From the NCBI GenBank assembly GCA_035553475.1, contig DATNDQ010000015.1, forward strand, positions 10,118-74,117: a stretch of 64,000 nucleotides of DNA, written 5' to 3'. The notes beneath the pieces were generated by a model that worked only from the letters and a program-made list of their open reading frames with translations, made no database searches and was not told the DNA's origin. Position 1 is the stretch's first letter; each line of letters begins with the position of its first letter. The DNA comes from Gemmatimonadales bacterium (GTDB lineage Bacteria; Gemmatimonadota; Gemmatimonadetes; Gemmatimonadales; GWC2-71-9). Shown here piece after piece: positions 8,742 to 16,268 of this stretch. A program made the position numbers and the translations under genes.

Positions 8742-9471
8742 GACAGCAGGGAAGGGGAACGCCCTCGTTGTGATTCCCACCTACAACGAGTCCATGAACC
8801 TCCCCACCATCGTCCCGGACGTGCTGAAACAGGACGCGCGTCTCGAGGTGCTGGTGGTGGATGACAACTCGCCGGATGGTACGGGGCGGATGGCGGACGA
8901 CATGGCCGCCAAGGATCCCCGGGTCCACGTCTTGCATCGTCCCGGAAAGCAGGGGCTGGGTACGGCGTACCTGGCGGGGTTCAAGTGGGCGCTCGAGCGC
9001 TCGTACGAGCTGGTGTTCGAGATGGATGCCGACTTTTCGCACGACCCCGGACACCTCAAGGAATTTCTCAAGGCCAGCGAGGATGCCGACCTGGTGCTGG
9101 GGTCCCGGTACCTCGGTGGCAAAGTGACGGTCGTGAATTGGCCGATGGGGCGCCTCCTGTTGTCCTACTTCGCCAACGTGTACGCCCGGCAGGTGACGGG
9201 TCTCGCGATCTGGGACCTCACGGGCGGCTTCAAGTGCTTTCGCAGGCGAGTGCTGGAAGCCATTGACCTTTCGGCGGTTCGGTCGAATGGCTATGCTTTC
9301 CAGATCGAGATGACGTTCCGTGCGTGGCGGAAGAAGTTTCGGTTGAAGGAGATTCCGATCACGTTCGTGGACAGGACCGAGGGACAGAGCAAGATGAACA
9401 AGTCGATCGTGCGGGAGGCGGTGTGGGTCGTGCCACGCCTGCGGTGGATGGCTATCCGCGGGGTGCTGTGA
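8734..9471 (+). CDS. GT2 polyprenyl-phosphate sugar synthase (DPM1/Ppm1-like mannosyl- or glucosyl-transferase)
   Basis: ORF 8734..9471. Matching motifs are VVIPTYNESMNL, VVDDNSPDGT, RPGKQGLGTAYLAGF and EMDADFSHDP, as in dolichyl/polyprenyl-phosphate mannose synthases. Confidence 0.85.
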   Translation: MAETAGKGNALVVIPTYNESMNLPTIVPDVLKQDARLEVLVVDDNSPDGTGRMADDMAAKDPRVHVLHRPGKQGLGTAYLAGFKWALERSYELVFEMDADFSHDPGHLKEFLKASEDADLVLGSRYLGGKVTVVNWPMGRLLLSYFANVYARQVTGLAIWDLTGGFKCFRRRVLEAIDLSAVRSNGYAFQIEMTFRAWRKKFRLKEIPITFVDRTEGQSKMNKSIVREAVWVVPRLRWMAIRGVL

Positions 9472-10292
9472 GCCTCGGCCTCCCGATCTACAAGATGAGC
9501 GGGTCCGGGAACGATTTCGTGTTCGTGGACGGGCGGTATTCGTCCGTCAAGGATTGGACGAAAGAACAGATTGCCGAGTTGTGCGCCCGCGGAACCGGTG
9601 TCGGCGCGGACGGGCTAGTGTTCGTGGGGCCGGGGAGCTCGCCTGACGCGGTCCGGATGGTCTACTACAACAGCGATGGCTCCCACGCCGCTATGTGCGG
9701 CAATGCGGCCCTCTGCAGCACCCGTCTGGCGGTCCATCTGGGGATGGCCGGCAAGACGATGCGCCTGGAGACGGATGCCGGGGTCTACGAGTCCCGGGTC
9801 AATGGAGCCCAAGACCGGGCGGAGCTGCATCTGGCGCCCGTCGTGGAGCCCAAGGAGGTCCCCAAACTCGGTCTCAGCGCCGAGGCGGGCGAAAAACGCG
9901 CGGCCTTAGGCATTGTGGGGGTCCCGCATCTCGTGGTTCTGGTTGACGACGTCGAAAAGATCGACCTGATGGGCCGCGGGAAGGCGCTGCGGGGTGACAA
10001 GGCGCTTGGACCTGCTGGTGCCAACGTGAACTTCATTTCTCCAGGCGATGGCGGCCGCTGGAAGATGCGGACCTACGAACGTGGTGTTGAGGCGGAAACC
10101 TTGGCGTGTGGGACTGGCGCGGTGACGGCCGGGTGTGTGCTGGCAGGTTGGGGCCTGGGGACGCTGCCGGTGGTGTTTCTGACCCGAAGTGGCCGGGAGC
10201 TGAAGGTTAGCGCGAAGCGATCGGGTGCTCAGTACGATGAGGTGTGGCTGGACGGGGAGGCGCGGATGGTGTTCAGGGGGGTGTTGACCTGA
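9468..10292 (+). CDS. dapF: Diaminopimelate epimerase
   Basis: 3' part of ORF 9324..10292, with GTG 9468 overlapping the upstream TGA (ATG 9495 is the alternative). Motifs are KMSGSGNDFVFVD and the two catalytic Cys motifs MCGNAALC and ACGTGAV. Confidence 0.9.
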   Translation: MSLGLPIYKMSGSGNDFVFVDGRYSSVKDWTKEQIAELCARGTGVGADGLVFVGPGSSPDAVRMVYYNSDGSHAAMCGNAALCSTRLAVHLGMAGKTMRLETDAGVYESRVNGAQDRAELHLAPVVEPKEVPKLGLSAEAGEKRAALGIVGVPHLVVLVDDVEKIDLMGRGKALRGDKALGPAGANVNFISPGDGGRWKMRTYERGVEAETLACGTGAVTAGCVLAGWGLGTLPVVFLTRSGRELKVSAKRSGAQYDEVWLDGEARMVFRGVLT

Positions 10293-10321
10293 TCCTGTTA
10301 TCCACACTTTCCCACACTACA

Positions 10322-10349
10322 ACTTAACATAATATCTCTTATACGAAGT
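10322..10349. other. dif: dif-like XerC/XerD chromosome dimer resolution site
   Basis: The 28-mer ACTTAACATAATATCTCTTATACGAAGT has reverse complement ACTTCGTATAAGAGATATTATGTTAAGT. By hand alignment it matches 20/28 to E. coli dif (XerD arm 10/11) and 22/28 to B. subtilis dif. It lies in an AT-rich 79-bp spacer between convergent genes, at the exact point where gene orientation flips. Confidence 0.75.
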
Positions 10350-10371
10350 TGTTTGTAGCGACAGTGGCCGC

Positions 10372-11070
10372 TTATTGATGCGCGGCTGCCCCCACCAACT
10401 TAGGATCTTTCCACCCACCCCGCGTCAGCTCACCCAGGCGCACCCGTGCTTCTGTCTGATAGGCGGTCGAATCCATCCCGCTGACCACCTTGTTGAGGGC
10501 CCCAACGGCCTTGGTGGTGTCGCCGGCCTCCGCGAAGGCCCTCCCCGCGTCCAGGAGGTACTGCGCCTGCAGGAACGGAAAAGCCGCGTGGTCGGAGGCA
10601 TTCTGGTAGGCCACCCCGGCGTCCCCAGGCCGCGCCATGTTCTCGAGGGCGTAGCCCAGGAGCCCGTAGGCCTGCGCCCGGTACGGCCCGCTGGCGGATC
10701 CGGAGAACTTGGTCAGGAGGTCTACAGCCTGCTGGGACTGCCCCTGCAGGATCCGCGCGTTGGCGAGGAGCAACGTCGCCTCCTGCGCGGCCTTGGTACC
10801 GGAATAGTTCGCGGTGATCTGGCTCAGCTCGCTCGCGGCCATCGAGTAATTGTCGTTCTCGAATGCCACGCGCGCGGCACCGAGTGACCGGGACGCGACT
10901 TCTTCACTCGAGCGGCCGACGACGATGTTCCAGGCGACAAGGGCCCCCACGATCAGGAGAACCACCAGTGGCCACACGGCTTTCCTGGGGTTGGCCTTCG
11001 TCCAGGCGATGAGCCTCTCGAGTACATCCTGATGAGCCGGCGCGGCGCCGGGCTGCGCTGATGTCCCCAT
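10372..11070 (-). CDS. Membrane-anchored TPR protein, YfgM-like
   Basis: ORF 10372..11070. A single N-terminal TM helix (AVWPLVVLLIVGALVAWNIV) follows a short cytoplasmic segment (LERLIAWTKANPRK). TPR-like helices follow, which is the YfgM/UPF0070-type architecture. Confidence 0.6.
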   Translation of the reverse strand: MGTSAQPGAAPAHQDVLERLIAWTKANPRKAVWPLVVLLIVGALVAWNIVVGRSSEEVASRSLGAARVAFENDNYSMAASELSQITANYSGTKAAQEATLLLANARILQGQSQQAVDLLTKFSGSASGPYRAQAYGLLGYALENMARPGDAGVAYQNASDHAAFPFLQAQYLLDAGRAFAEAGDTTKAVGALNKVVSGMDSTAYQTEARVRLGELTRGGWKDPKLVGAAAHQ

Positions 11071-11124
11071 TCCGGTGCTGGTCCTCGTTGCCTTGTTGAT
11101 GGTATTCCGCTGTTCGGTCCCCAG

Positions 11125-11198
11125 TGCCCCTGGGGTGACTCGAACACCCGGCCAACGGTTTAGGAAACCGCTGCTCTATCCACCTGAGCTACAGGGGC
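11125..11198 (-). tRNA. tRNA-Arg (anticodon CCT)
   Basis: The reverse complement folds by hand into a 74-nt cloverleaf: GCCCCTG TA GCTC AGGTGGATA GAGC A GCGGT TTCCTAA ACCGT TGGCC GGGTG TTCGAGT CACCC CAGGGGC A. No CCA is encoded. Confidence 0.9.
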
Positions 11199-11279
11199 GT
11201 AAGCCCTGAAAAATAAGACATTTACACGACTGTAAGCAAGGGCAATCACCTGATATATGCGTCTATCGGCGTTGCCCAT

Positions 11280-11552
11280 CTATTCAGTTTCAAAGCCGTT
11301 AGGCAATGGGATCTCATGTGGAAGCTCGCTCTTATCCACACGTTCTACCCGGGAGGCGGACGGACCGCGCTTCAGCTCCCGCTCCAGCTCATCGAGGGCT
11401 CCTGACGCTCCCTCAGCCAGGACCTCGACATCGCCGTCTTCGAGGTTCCGGGCCACTCCCGCGAGCCCCAGGCGCCCGGCCGCCCGGCGTACGAACCACC
11501 GGTACCCTACTCCCTGCACCAGGCCGTGAACGAGGAACCGGGCCCGCGCCAT
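11280..11552 (-). CDS. acyP: Acylphosphatase
   Basis: The last 90 codons of ORF 11280..12167, starting at ATG 11552. The sequence MARARFLVHGLVQGVGYRWFVRRAAGRLGLAGVARNLEDGDVEVLAEG carries the acylphosphatase signature (V.G.VQGVGFR). Confidence 0.85.
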   Translation of the reverse strand: MARARFLVHGLVQGVGYRWFVRRAAGRLGLAGVARNLEDGDVEVLAEGASGALDELERELKRGPSASRVERVDKSELPHEIPLPNGFETE

Positions 11553-11557
11553 TCGGT

Positions 11558-12187
11558 CTACGCTTTCCGGTGCCTGCGTGACCAGACGACATAGGCGAGC
11601 GTGAGCACCACGAGCGCAGGCACGATGATGGTCATCGCGTGCGCCGCCTCCCGCCGCACTTCGACGTTGAGCGCCCCCATCAGGACGTTTTCTTTCCGCC
11701 CGATGGTCCACCCGATGAGGGTCAGGACGGTGCACCAGATCCCCGAGCCCAGCGCCGTGAAGGATACGAACCGCGGGATCGGCATCCGCGCCAGCCCCGC
11801 CGGCAGCGAGATCAGGTGGCGAATGACGGGGAGCATGCGCGCAATGAACGTGCTGATCTCCCCGTGCGCCGCAAAGAAACGCTCCGAGCGCTCGAGGCTT
11901 CGTTCGGAGACCAGAACGTACCGCCCCATCCGATGCACGAACGCCCGTCCCAGCCACGCGGCCAGACCGTAGTTCGCCAGTGCGCCGAAGACACTGCCGA
12001 GCACCCCGCAGACGATCACGAGGGGCAAGGACATCTCTCCCTTGGCCGCGAGGTACCCCGCCGGCGGCATCACGAGCTCTGATGGCAACGGGATGATCGA
12101 TGACTCGACGGCCATCAGCACGACGATGCCCGGGTACCCGATGTCTCGAAACCGGTCCAGGAGCCACTGTATGAATGATTCAAGCAT
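11558..12187 (-). CDS. DedA family membrane protein
   Basis: 3' part of ORF 11558..12481, starting at ATG 12187 (MLESFIQWLLDRF...). The motif VESSIIPLPSELVMPPAGYLAAKG is DedA/SNARE-associated. Confidence 0.85.
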   Translation of the reverse strand: MLESFIQWLLDRFRDIGYPGIVVLMAVESSIIPLPSELVMPPAGYLAAKGEMSLPLVIVCGVLGSVFGALANYGLAAWLGRAFVHRMGRYVLVSERSLERSERFFAAHGEISTFIARMLPVIRHLISLPAGLARMPIPRFVSFTALGSGIWCTVLTLIGWTIGRKENVLMGALNVEVRREAAHAMTIIVPALVVLTLAYVVWSRRHRKA

Positions 12188-12836
12188 CGAAGCCGTGCTC
12201 TCCCACGAGCGGGACGAAGCGGGCGTCCCCCAGGGACGTCCGCTTGAATTCACCGACTTCCTTCCCGGTTTTCTCGACCAGGGTGAGCACCTGCTGCCCC
12301 TTGTCTCCCACCGGAACCAGCATGCGTCCGCCGATCTTGAGCTGTGCGACGAGGGGCGTGGGAATCTCCGGCCCACCGGCGGCGACGAGGATGGCGTCGT
12401 AGGGGGCGTACGCGCTCCATCCCAGCGTCCCGTCCCCCACGAGCATCGAGACGTTGCGTGCCCCGGCCTCGCGGAGCGCACGCTGAGCGCGGTCCGCCAG
12501 CTCGCGCACGCGCTCGACGGTAAACACCTGGTCGACCAGCCGTCCCAGGAGTGCGGTCTGATATCCCGAGCCCGTACCGATTTCGAGCACGCGCTCCTTG
12601 CCCCTGAGCCCCAGCTGCGCGAGGTACCGCGCCTGCATCGAAGGCTGGGAGATGGTTTGTCCGGCGCCGATGGGGAGCGCCGAGTCTTCGTATGCGCGAT
12701 GCCGGACCGCTTCGGGCACGAACAGGTGCCGCGGAGTCTCGGAGAACGCCTTCAGGACGGCGAGATCCTCGATGCCCTTCGCGCGTATCGCGTCGACGAG
12801 GCGGACGCGGTACCCGCCATAGGTATCGCCGATCAC
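12180..12836 (-). CDS. pcm: Protein-L-isoaspartate O-methyltransferase
   Basis: 3' part of ORF 12180..13517, with GTG 12836 overlapping the surE TGA. Motifs are TISQPSMQA and the SAM-binding VLEIGTGSGYQTALL. Confidence 0.9.
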   Translation of the reverse strand: MIGDTYGGYRVRLVDAIRAKGIEDLAVLKAFSETPRHLFVPEAVRHRAYEDSALPIGAGQTISQPSMQARYLAQLGLRGKERVLEIGTGSGYQTALLGRLVDQVFTVERVRELADRAQRALREAGARNVSMLVGDGTLGWSAYAPYDAILVAAGGPEIPTPLVAQLKIGGRMLVPVGDKGQQVLTLVEKTGKEVGEFKRTSLGDARFVPLVGEHGFDA

Positions 12837-13582
12837 TCGCCCAGCCTCCAGGACCGCACGTTGTCCAGAAGCCGGTAGTTGGTCATGTCCACGTGGAGCG
12901 GTGTGACGGAAATGTAGCCGTCCCTGACCGCCTGGAAGTCCGAGTCGGCGCCTCCGGACCAGGTGACGTGCCCGCCGCCGATCCAGAAGATGTCCCGGCC
13001 CCAGGGGTCCTTCATCCGGGCGATTTCCTCGTGAAAGACCCGGCTCCCGAGATGCGTCACCTTCACGCCTTTGACCTTCGCGGCCGCGATGGCCGGCAGG
13101 TTCACATTCAGCAGCGTCTCCTTCGGAAAGTCGGATACCGCGACCACGTCCGCCAGAAGCTCCTGGAGTCTCGAGCGGTACGAATCCAGGTGTTCGAGGT
13201 CGAACGAGCCGTACGATACCGCCACCGAGGGAATGCCTGCCGCCAAGCCCTCGAATGCGGCGGCCACAGTTCCTGAATACAGGACGTCCTCTCCCATGTT
13301 CGGCCCGTGGTTCACGCCGGAGATCACGAAGTCCGGCTTGTCCGGCATCAGGGCGCCCAGCGCGAGGAGGACGCAGTCGGTGGGTGTGCCGTCCACCTGA
13401 TAGGCGCCGTCGGCGCGGCGCGTCGCCCGCAGCGGACGATGCAGCGTGAGTGAGTGGCTGGTGCCGCTCTGCTCCCGGTCCGGTGCCACCACGGTCACCT
13501 TCCCGAGCGTGCTGCACGCCTCGGCAAGGACCCCCAACCCCTGGGCCAGGACGCCGTCGTCGTTGGAAATCAGGATGTTCAT
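12833..13582 (-). CDS. surE: 5'/3'-nucleotidase SurE
   Basis: ORF 12833..13582. The N-terminus MNILISNDDGVLAQGL and the motif GVNHGPNMGEDVLYSGTV match SurE. Confidence 0.95.
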   Translation of the reverse strand: MNILISNDDGVLAQGLGVLAEACSTLGKVTVVAPDREQSGTSHSLTLHRPLRATRRADGAYQVDGTPTDCVLLALGALMPDKPDFVISGVNHGPNMGEDVLYSGTVAAAFEGLAAGIPSVAVSYGSFDLEHLDSYRSRLQELLADVVAVSDFPKETLLNVNLPAIAAAKVKGVKVTHLGSRVFHEEIARMKDPWGRDIFWIGGGHVTWSGGADSDFQAVRDGYISVTPLHVDMTNYRLLDNVRSWRLGE

Positions 13583-14298
13583 CGGGTTCCGCTCACGATT
13601 CTCCCGGCGTACTGCCAGAACACCCGTGCCATCCGCCAGGTGTCTTCACCGCTCTTGAAATGACTTCGGGATTGACCATAGATCGTCGGCACGGGCACCG
13701 ACCGCACCCGCCAACCGCCAGCCAGGCTCGCCAGCAGAAATGCCGCTTCGAAGTCGTACCGGGTCTCGGAAGGCCGGACGGACCGCGCCAGGTGGGCCGA
13801 AAAGGCCCTGAATCCGGTCTGCGCATCGGGGACCCCTACCCCGCCGATCCGCGTGGCGAGCGTGGATGATAGCCAGTTCGTGAAGCGTCTGGGGACCGGC
13901 ATGGCCTCGGTCCGCGCGCGGGCGCCCAGGGTCAGGTCGGCAACGCCGCGTTCGAGGGGCTCGAGCAACCGGGGGATCTCTTCAGGCGGGTGCTGCCCGT
14001 CCGCGTCCAGGGTCACGATCCACGCCGGCTGGTACTCGAGGGCCTTGGTGATCCCCGTCTGGAGCGCGGCGCCCTTCCCCCGGTTCACGGGATGGCGCAG
14101 GACCTGAGCAGGAGGAAGCTGGCTGGCGGTGCCGTCCGTGGAGCCGTCGTCGACCACCCAGACGGCGGCCTGCGGGGCCGCGTCCAGGACCCTGCTCCAC
14201 ACCTGCCCGATCGTAGCCGCCGCCTGATACGCCGGTATGACGACGGCGAGGGCGGCCGTCCCGGACGTTCCCCCGTCCGGGTCAGCGAGGAGGGGCAT
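13579..14298 (-). CDS. GT2 glycosyltransferase (polyprenyl-phosphate glycosyltransferase-like)
   Basis: ORF 13579..14298. Motifs are VVIPAYQAAATI, VVDDGSTDGT, NRGKGAAL and LDADGQHPP. Confidence 0.8.
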   Translation of the reverse strand: MPLLADPDGGTSGTAALAVVIPAYQAAATIGQVWSRVLDAAPQAAVWVVDDGSTDGTASQLPPAQVLRHPVNRGKGAALQTGITKALEYQPAWIVTLDADGQHPPEEIPRLLEPLERGVADLTLGARARTEAMPVPRRFTNWLSSTLATRIGGVGVPDAQTGFRAFSAHLARSVRPSETRYDFEAAFLLASLAGGWRVRSVPVPTIYGQSRSHFKSGEDTWRMARVFWQYAGRIVSGTR

Positions 14299-14665
14299 GG
14301 GGCGATGCGTTGCCGTCCAGAATGGCGAGCACCGCTTTCAGCTCTCCTTGAAGATCCCTGACGGTCTCCGCGCCCAGAGCCTTGCGGGCCTCCGGCTTGA
14401 GATCCCCCGACCGGCGGTACGCCTCGATCTTCTGGCGGGCGCCCTCGATCGTGTACTTCTCCGTGTACAGCAGGTGCTTCACGAGCATGATGAGCTCGAT
14501 CTCGCGCCGCTGGTAGACCCGGTTGCCGGACCGGTTCTTCGCGGGATTGAGAAACCGGAACTGGCTCTCCCAATACCGGAGGACGTGAGGCTTGAGATCG
14601 GTGAGCTGACACACTTCGCCGATCGAAAAGAACTCCTGTACCGGGTGCGGTATGCTCATCGCCAT
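14282..14665 (-). CDS. MerR family transcriptional regulator
   Basis: ORF 14282..14665. The helix-turn-helix/wing region FSIGEVCQLTDLKPHVLRYWESQFRFLNPAKNRSGNRVYQRREIELI is followed by a short coiled-coil tail. Confidence 0.8.
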   Translation of the reverse strand: MAMSIPHPVQEFFSIGEVCQLTDLKPHVLRYWESQFRFLNPAKNRSGNRVYQRREIELIMLVKHLLYTEKYTIEGARQKIEAYRRSGDLKPEARKALGAETVRDLQGELKAVLAILDGNASPHAPPR

Positions 14666-15654
14666 TGCTCCGGCTTGGGCTCACGTTCCATCAAGTCCGC
14701 GATCGCCTGGCGCGCGGTCTTGCCTTCGAAGAGGATAGCGGCCACCTGGCGCGCGATGGGCAGGTCCACGTGGTGCCGCTCGCCGAGCGCGAGGGCGGTC
14801 CGCGCGGTTCCTACACCTTCGGCCACCGACTGCTTTCCGGCGAGTGCCTGTTCCAGCGTCTTGCCCTTCCCCAGCTCGACGCCGAGCGAGTGATTCCGCG
14901 ACAACGCCCCGGTGGCGGTCAGGATGAGGTCTCCCAGTCCCGCGAGTCCGGCGAAGGTCATGGGCTCCGCGCCCAGCGCCAGACCGAGCCGCGTGATCTC
15001 GGCGAGTCCGCGGGTGATGAGGGCCGCCCGCGTGTTGAATCCGAATCCCAGACCATCCACCATGCCCGCCGCGACCGCGATCACGTTCTTCAGGGCGCCG
15101 CCCAGCTCCACGCCCGTGACGTCGCCATGCGTGTACACGCGGAAGGTACCGGTCGCGAAGAGACCCTGCACGCGTTTGGCCAACTCCGGATCCTTCGCCG
15201 CGACCACCGCCGCGGTCGGCTGGCGACGATACACCTCGAGGGCGAAGGTGGGACCTGACAGCACCGCCACCGGCGCTCCCTGCGAGATCTCTCCCAGGAG
15301 ACAGGAGAGCGTGACGAGGCGCTCGGGCTCGAGGCCCTTCGACACGCTGACGATCGCGAGGTTCCGGGACCGCGAGGCGAGCGCTTCGGTCATGACCGAG
15401 CGGACCGCATGTGAGGGAGCGGCCGACACCACCACTTCGGCGTCCTTCATCGCGGTGGCGAGATCGGTGGTGGCGGCGAGGGATGGCGCCAGCGGGCAGC
15501 CCGGCAGAAACATGCCGTTCATGTGTTCCCGGCTGACTTGCGCCGCGACCTCGGGTTCCCGGGCCCAGAGCGTGACCTGCTCGCCCTTCCGCGCCAGGAG
15601 ATCGGCGAGCGTCGTGCCCCACGCACCGCCACCGATCACGGCGACCCGAGTCAT
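14656..15654 (-). CDS. gpsA: NAD(P)H-dependent glycerol-3-phosphate dehydrogenase
   Basis: ORF 14656..15654. The Rossmann motif VAVIGGGAWGT, GALKNVIAVAAG and the GpsA-typical C-terminus are present. Confidence 0.95.
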   Translation of the reverse strand: MTRVAVIGGGAWGTTLADLLARKGEQVTLWAREPEVAAQVSREHMNGMFLPGCPLAPSLAATTDLATAMKDAEVVVSAAPSHAVRSVMTEALASRSRNLAIVSVSKGLEPERLVTLSCLLGEISQGAPVAVLSGPTFALEVYRRQPTAAVVAAKDPELAKRVQGLFATGTFRVYTHGDVTGVELGGALKNVIAVAAGMVDGLGFGFNTRAALITRGLAEITRLGLALGAEPMTFAGLAGLGDLILTATGALSRNHSLGVELGKGKTLEQALAGKQSVAEGVGTARTALALGERHHVDLPIARQVAAILFEGKTARQAIADLMEREPKPEQWR

Positions 15655-16268
15655 GGCGCCAGCTCCTTGCGGGTGCGGAACCGGTTCTCGGTGCCGGCGA
15701 TGAGCCTGCGAATGTTGGCGCGGTGCGAATAGACGATCAGCAGCGCGAGTGCGATGCTGGCGATCAGGGTCGGGGCGGCGTCATGTGCGGTGAGGAGCAC
15801 GAGCACCGGAAATACCGCGGCGACGACGATGGAGCTGAGTGAGACGTATCCCGTCGCCCAGAGGCAGAGCCCCCACACGGGGAGCGCGATCAGCACCGCG
15901 AACGGCGCGAGCGCCAGGAACATGCCCGCGGCGGTGGCGACGCCCTTCCCGCCCTTGAATCCGACATAGGGCGAGAAGATGTGTCCGAGGACCGCGGCGA
16001 GGCCGAGGAAGACCGGGAAGCCGGCGGCGCCACCGGCCCACGAACCGAAGAGGGCGACCGGCAACGCTCCCTTCGCGATGTCGATCAGGCCGACGGGAAT
16101 GGCCCATCGCCAGCCCAGGACGCGGTAGACGTTGGTCGCCCCGAGATTCTTGCTCCCATGCTCGCGGAGGTCGATGCCCTTGGCGACGCGCCCCGCGAAG
16201 TAGCTGGTCGGCGTGGCGCCCACGAGGTAGGCGGCGACGAGCCACGACACCGCGGCGAGCACGCTCAC
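15651..16268 (-). CDS. plsY: Glycerol-3-phosphate acyltransferase PlsY
   Basis: 3' part of ORF 15651..16706, with GTG 16268 overlapping the der TGA. Motifs are GSKNLGATNVYRVLG and FKGGKGVAT. Confidence 0.9.
   Translation of the reverse strand: MSVLAAVSWLVAAYLVGATPTSYFAGRVAKGIDLREHGSKNLGATNVYRVLGWRWAIPVGLIDIAKGALPVALFGSWAGGAAGFPVFLGLAAVLGHIFSPYVGFKGGKGVATAAGMFLALAPFAVLIALPVWGLCLWATGYVSLSSIVVAAVFPVLVLLTAHDAAPTLIASIALALLIVYSHRANIRRLIAGTENRFRTRKELAP

Noticed and set aside
10322-10355. loxP-like 13-8-13 site: ACAACTTAACATA-ATATCTCT-TATACGAAGTTGT. The right arm matches the loxP arm TATACGAAGTTAT at 12/13, which raised the possibility of an engineered Cre/lox scar.
   Set aside because: The left arm matches loxP at only 9/13 and the spacer is unrelated to GCATACAT. 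No vector or marker sequence flanks it. The same DNA fits the 11-6-11 dif consensus better and sits at a gene-polarity switch. The resemblance is best explained by generally similar tyrosine-recombinase core sites.
11125-11279. tRNA-Arg (and likewise tRNA-Gly at 20727..20798) considered as possible integration hot spots with an adjacent genomic island or prophage.
   Set aside because: No integrase, transposase or phage genes are present, no direct repeat of the tRNA 3' end is seen nearby, and no compositional shift occurs in the flanking genes, which are ordinary housekeeping genes.
11199-11279. AT-rich 81-bp spacer upstream of tRNA-Arg with TTGCCC/TTGCTT and TAAATG/TCTTAT hexamers and a GGGCAA...TTGCCC inverted repeat, considered as a promoter plus acyP terminator.
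   Set aside because: It is not reported as a feature because hexamer spacing is poor (15 nt or less) for every combination I tried, and the hairpin has a 26-nt loop and a weak U-tract. It is plausibly regulatory but not supportable from the sequence alone.
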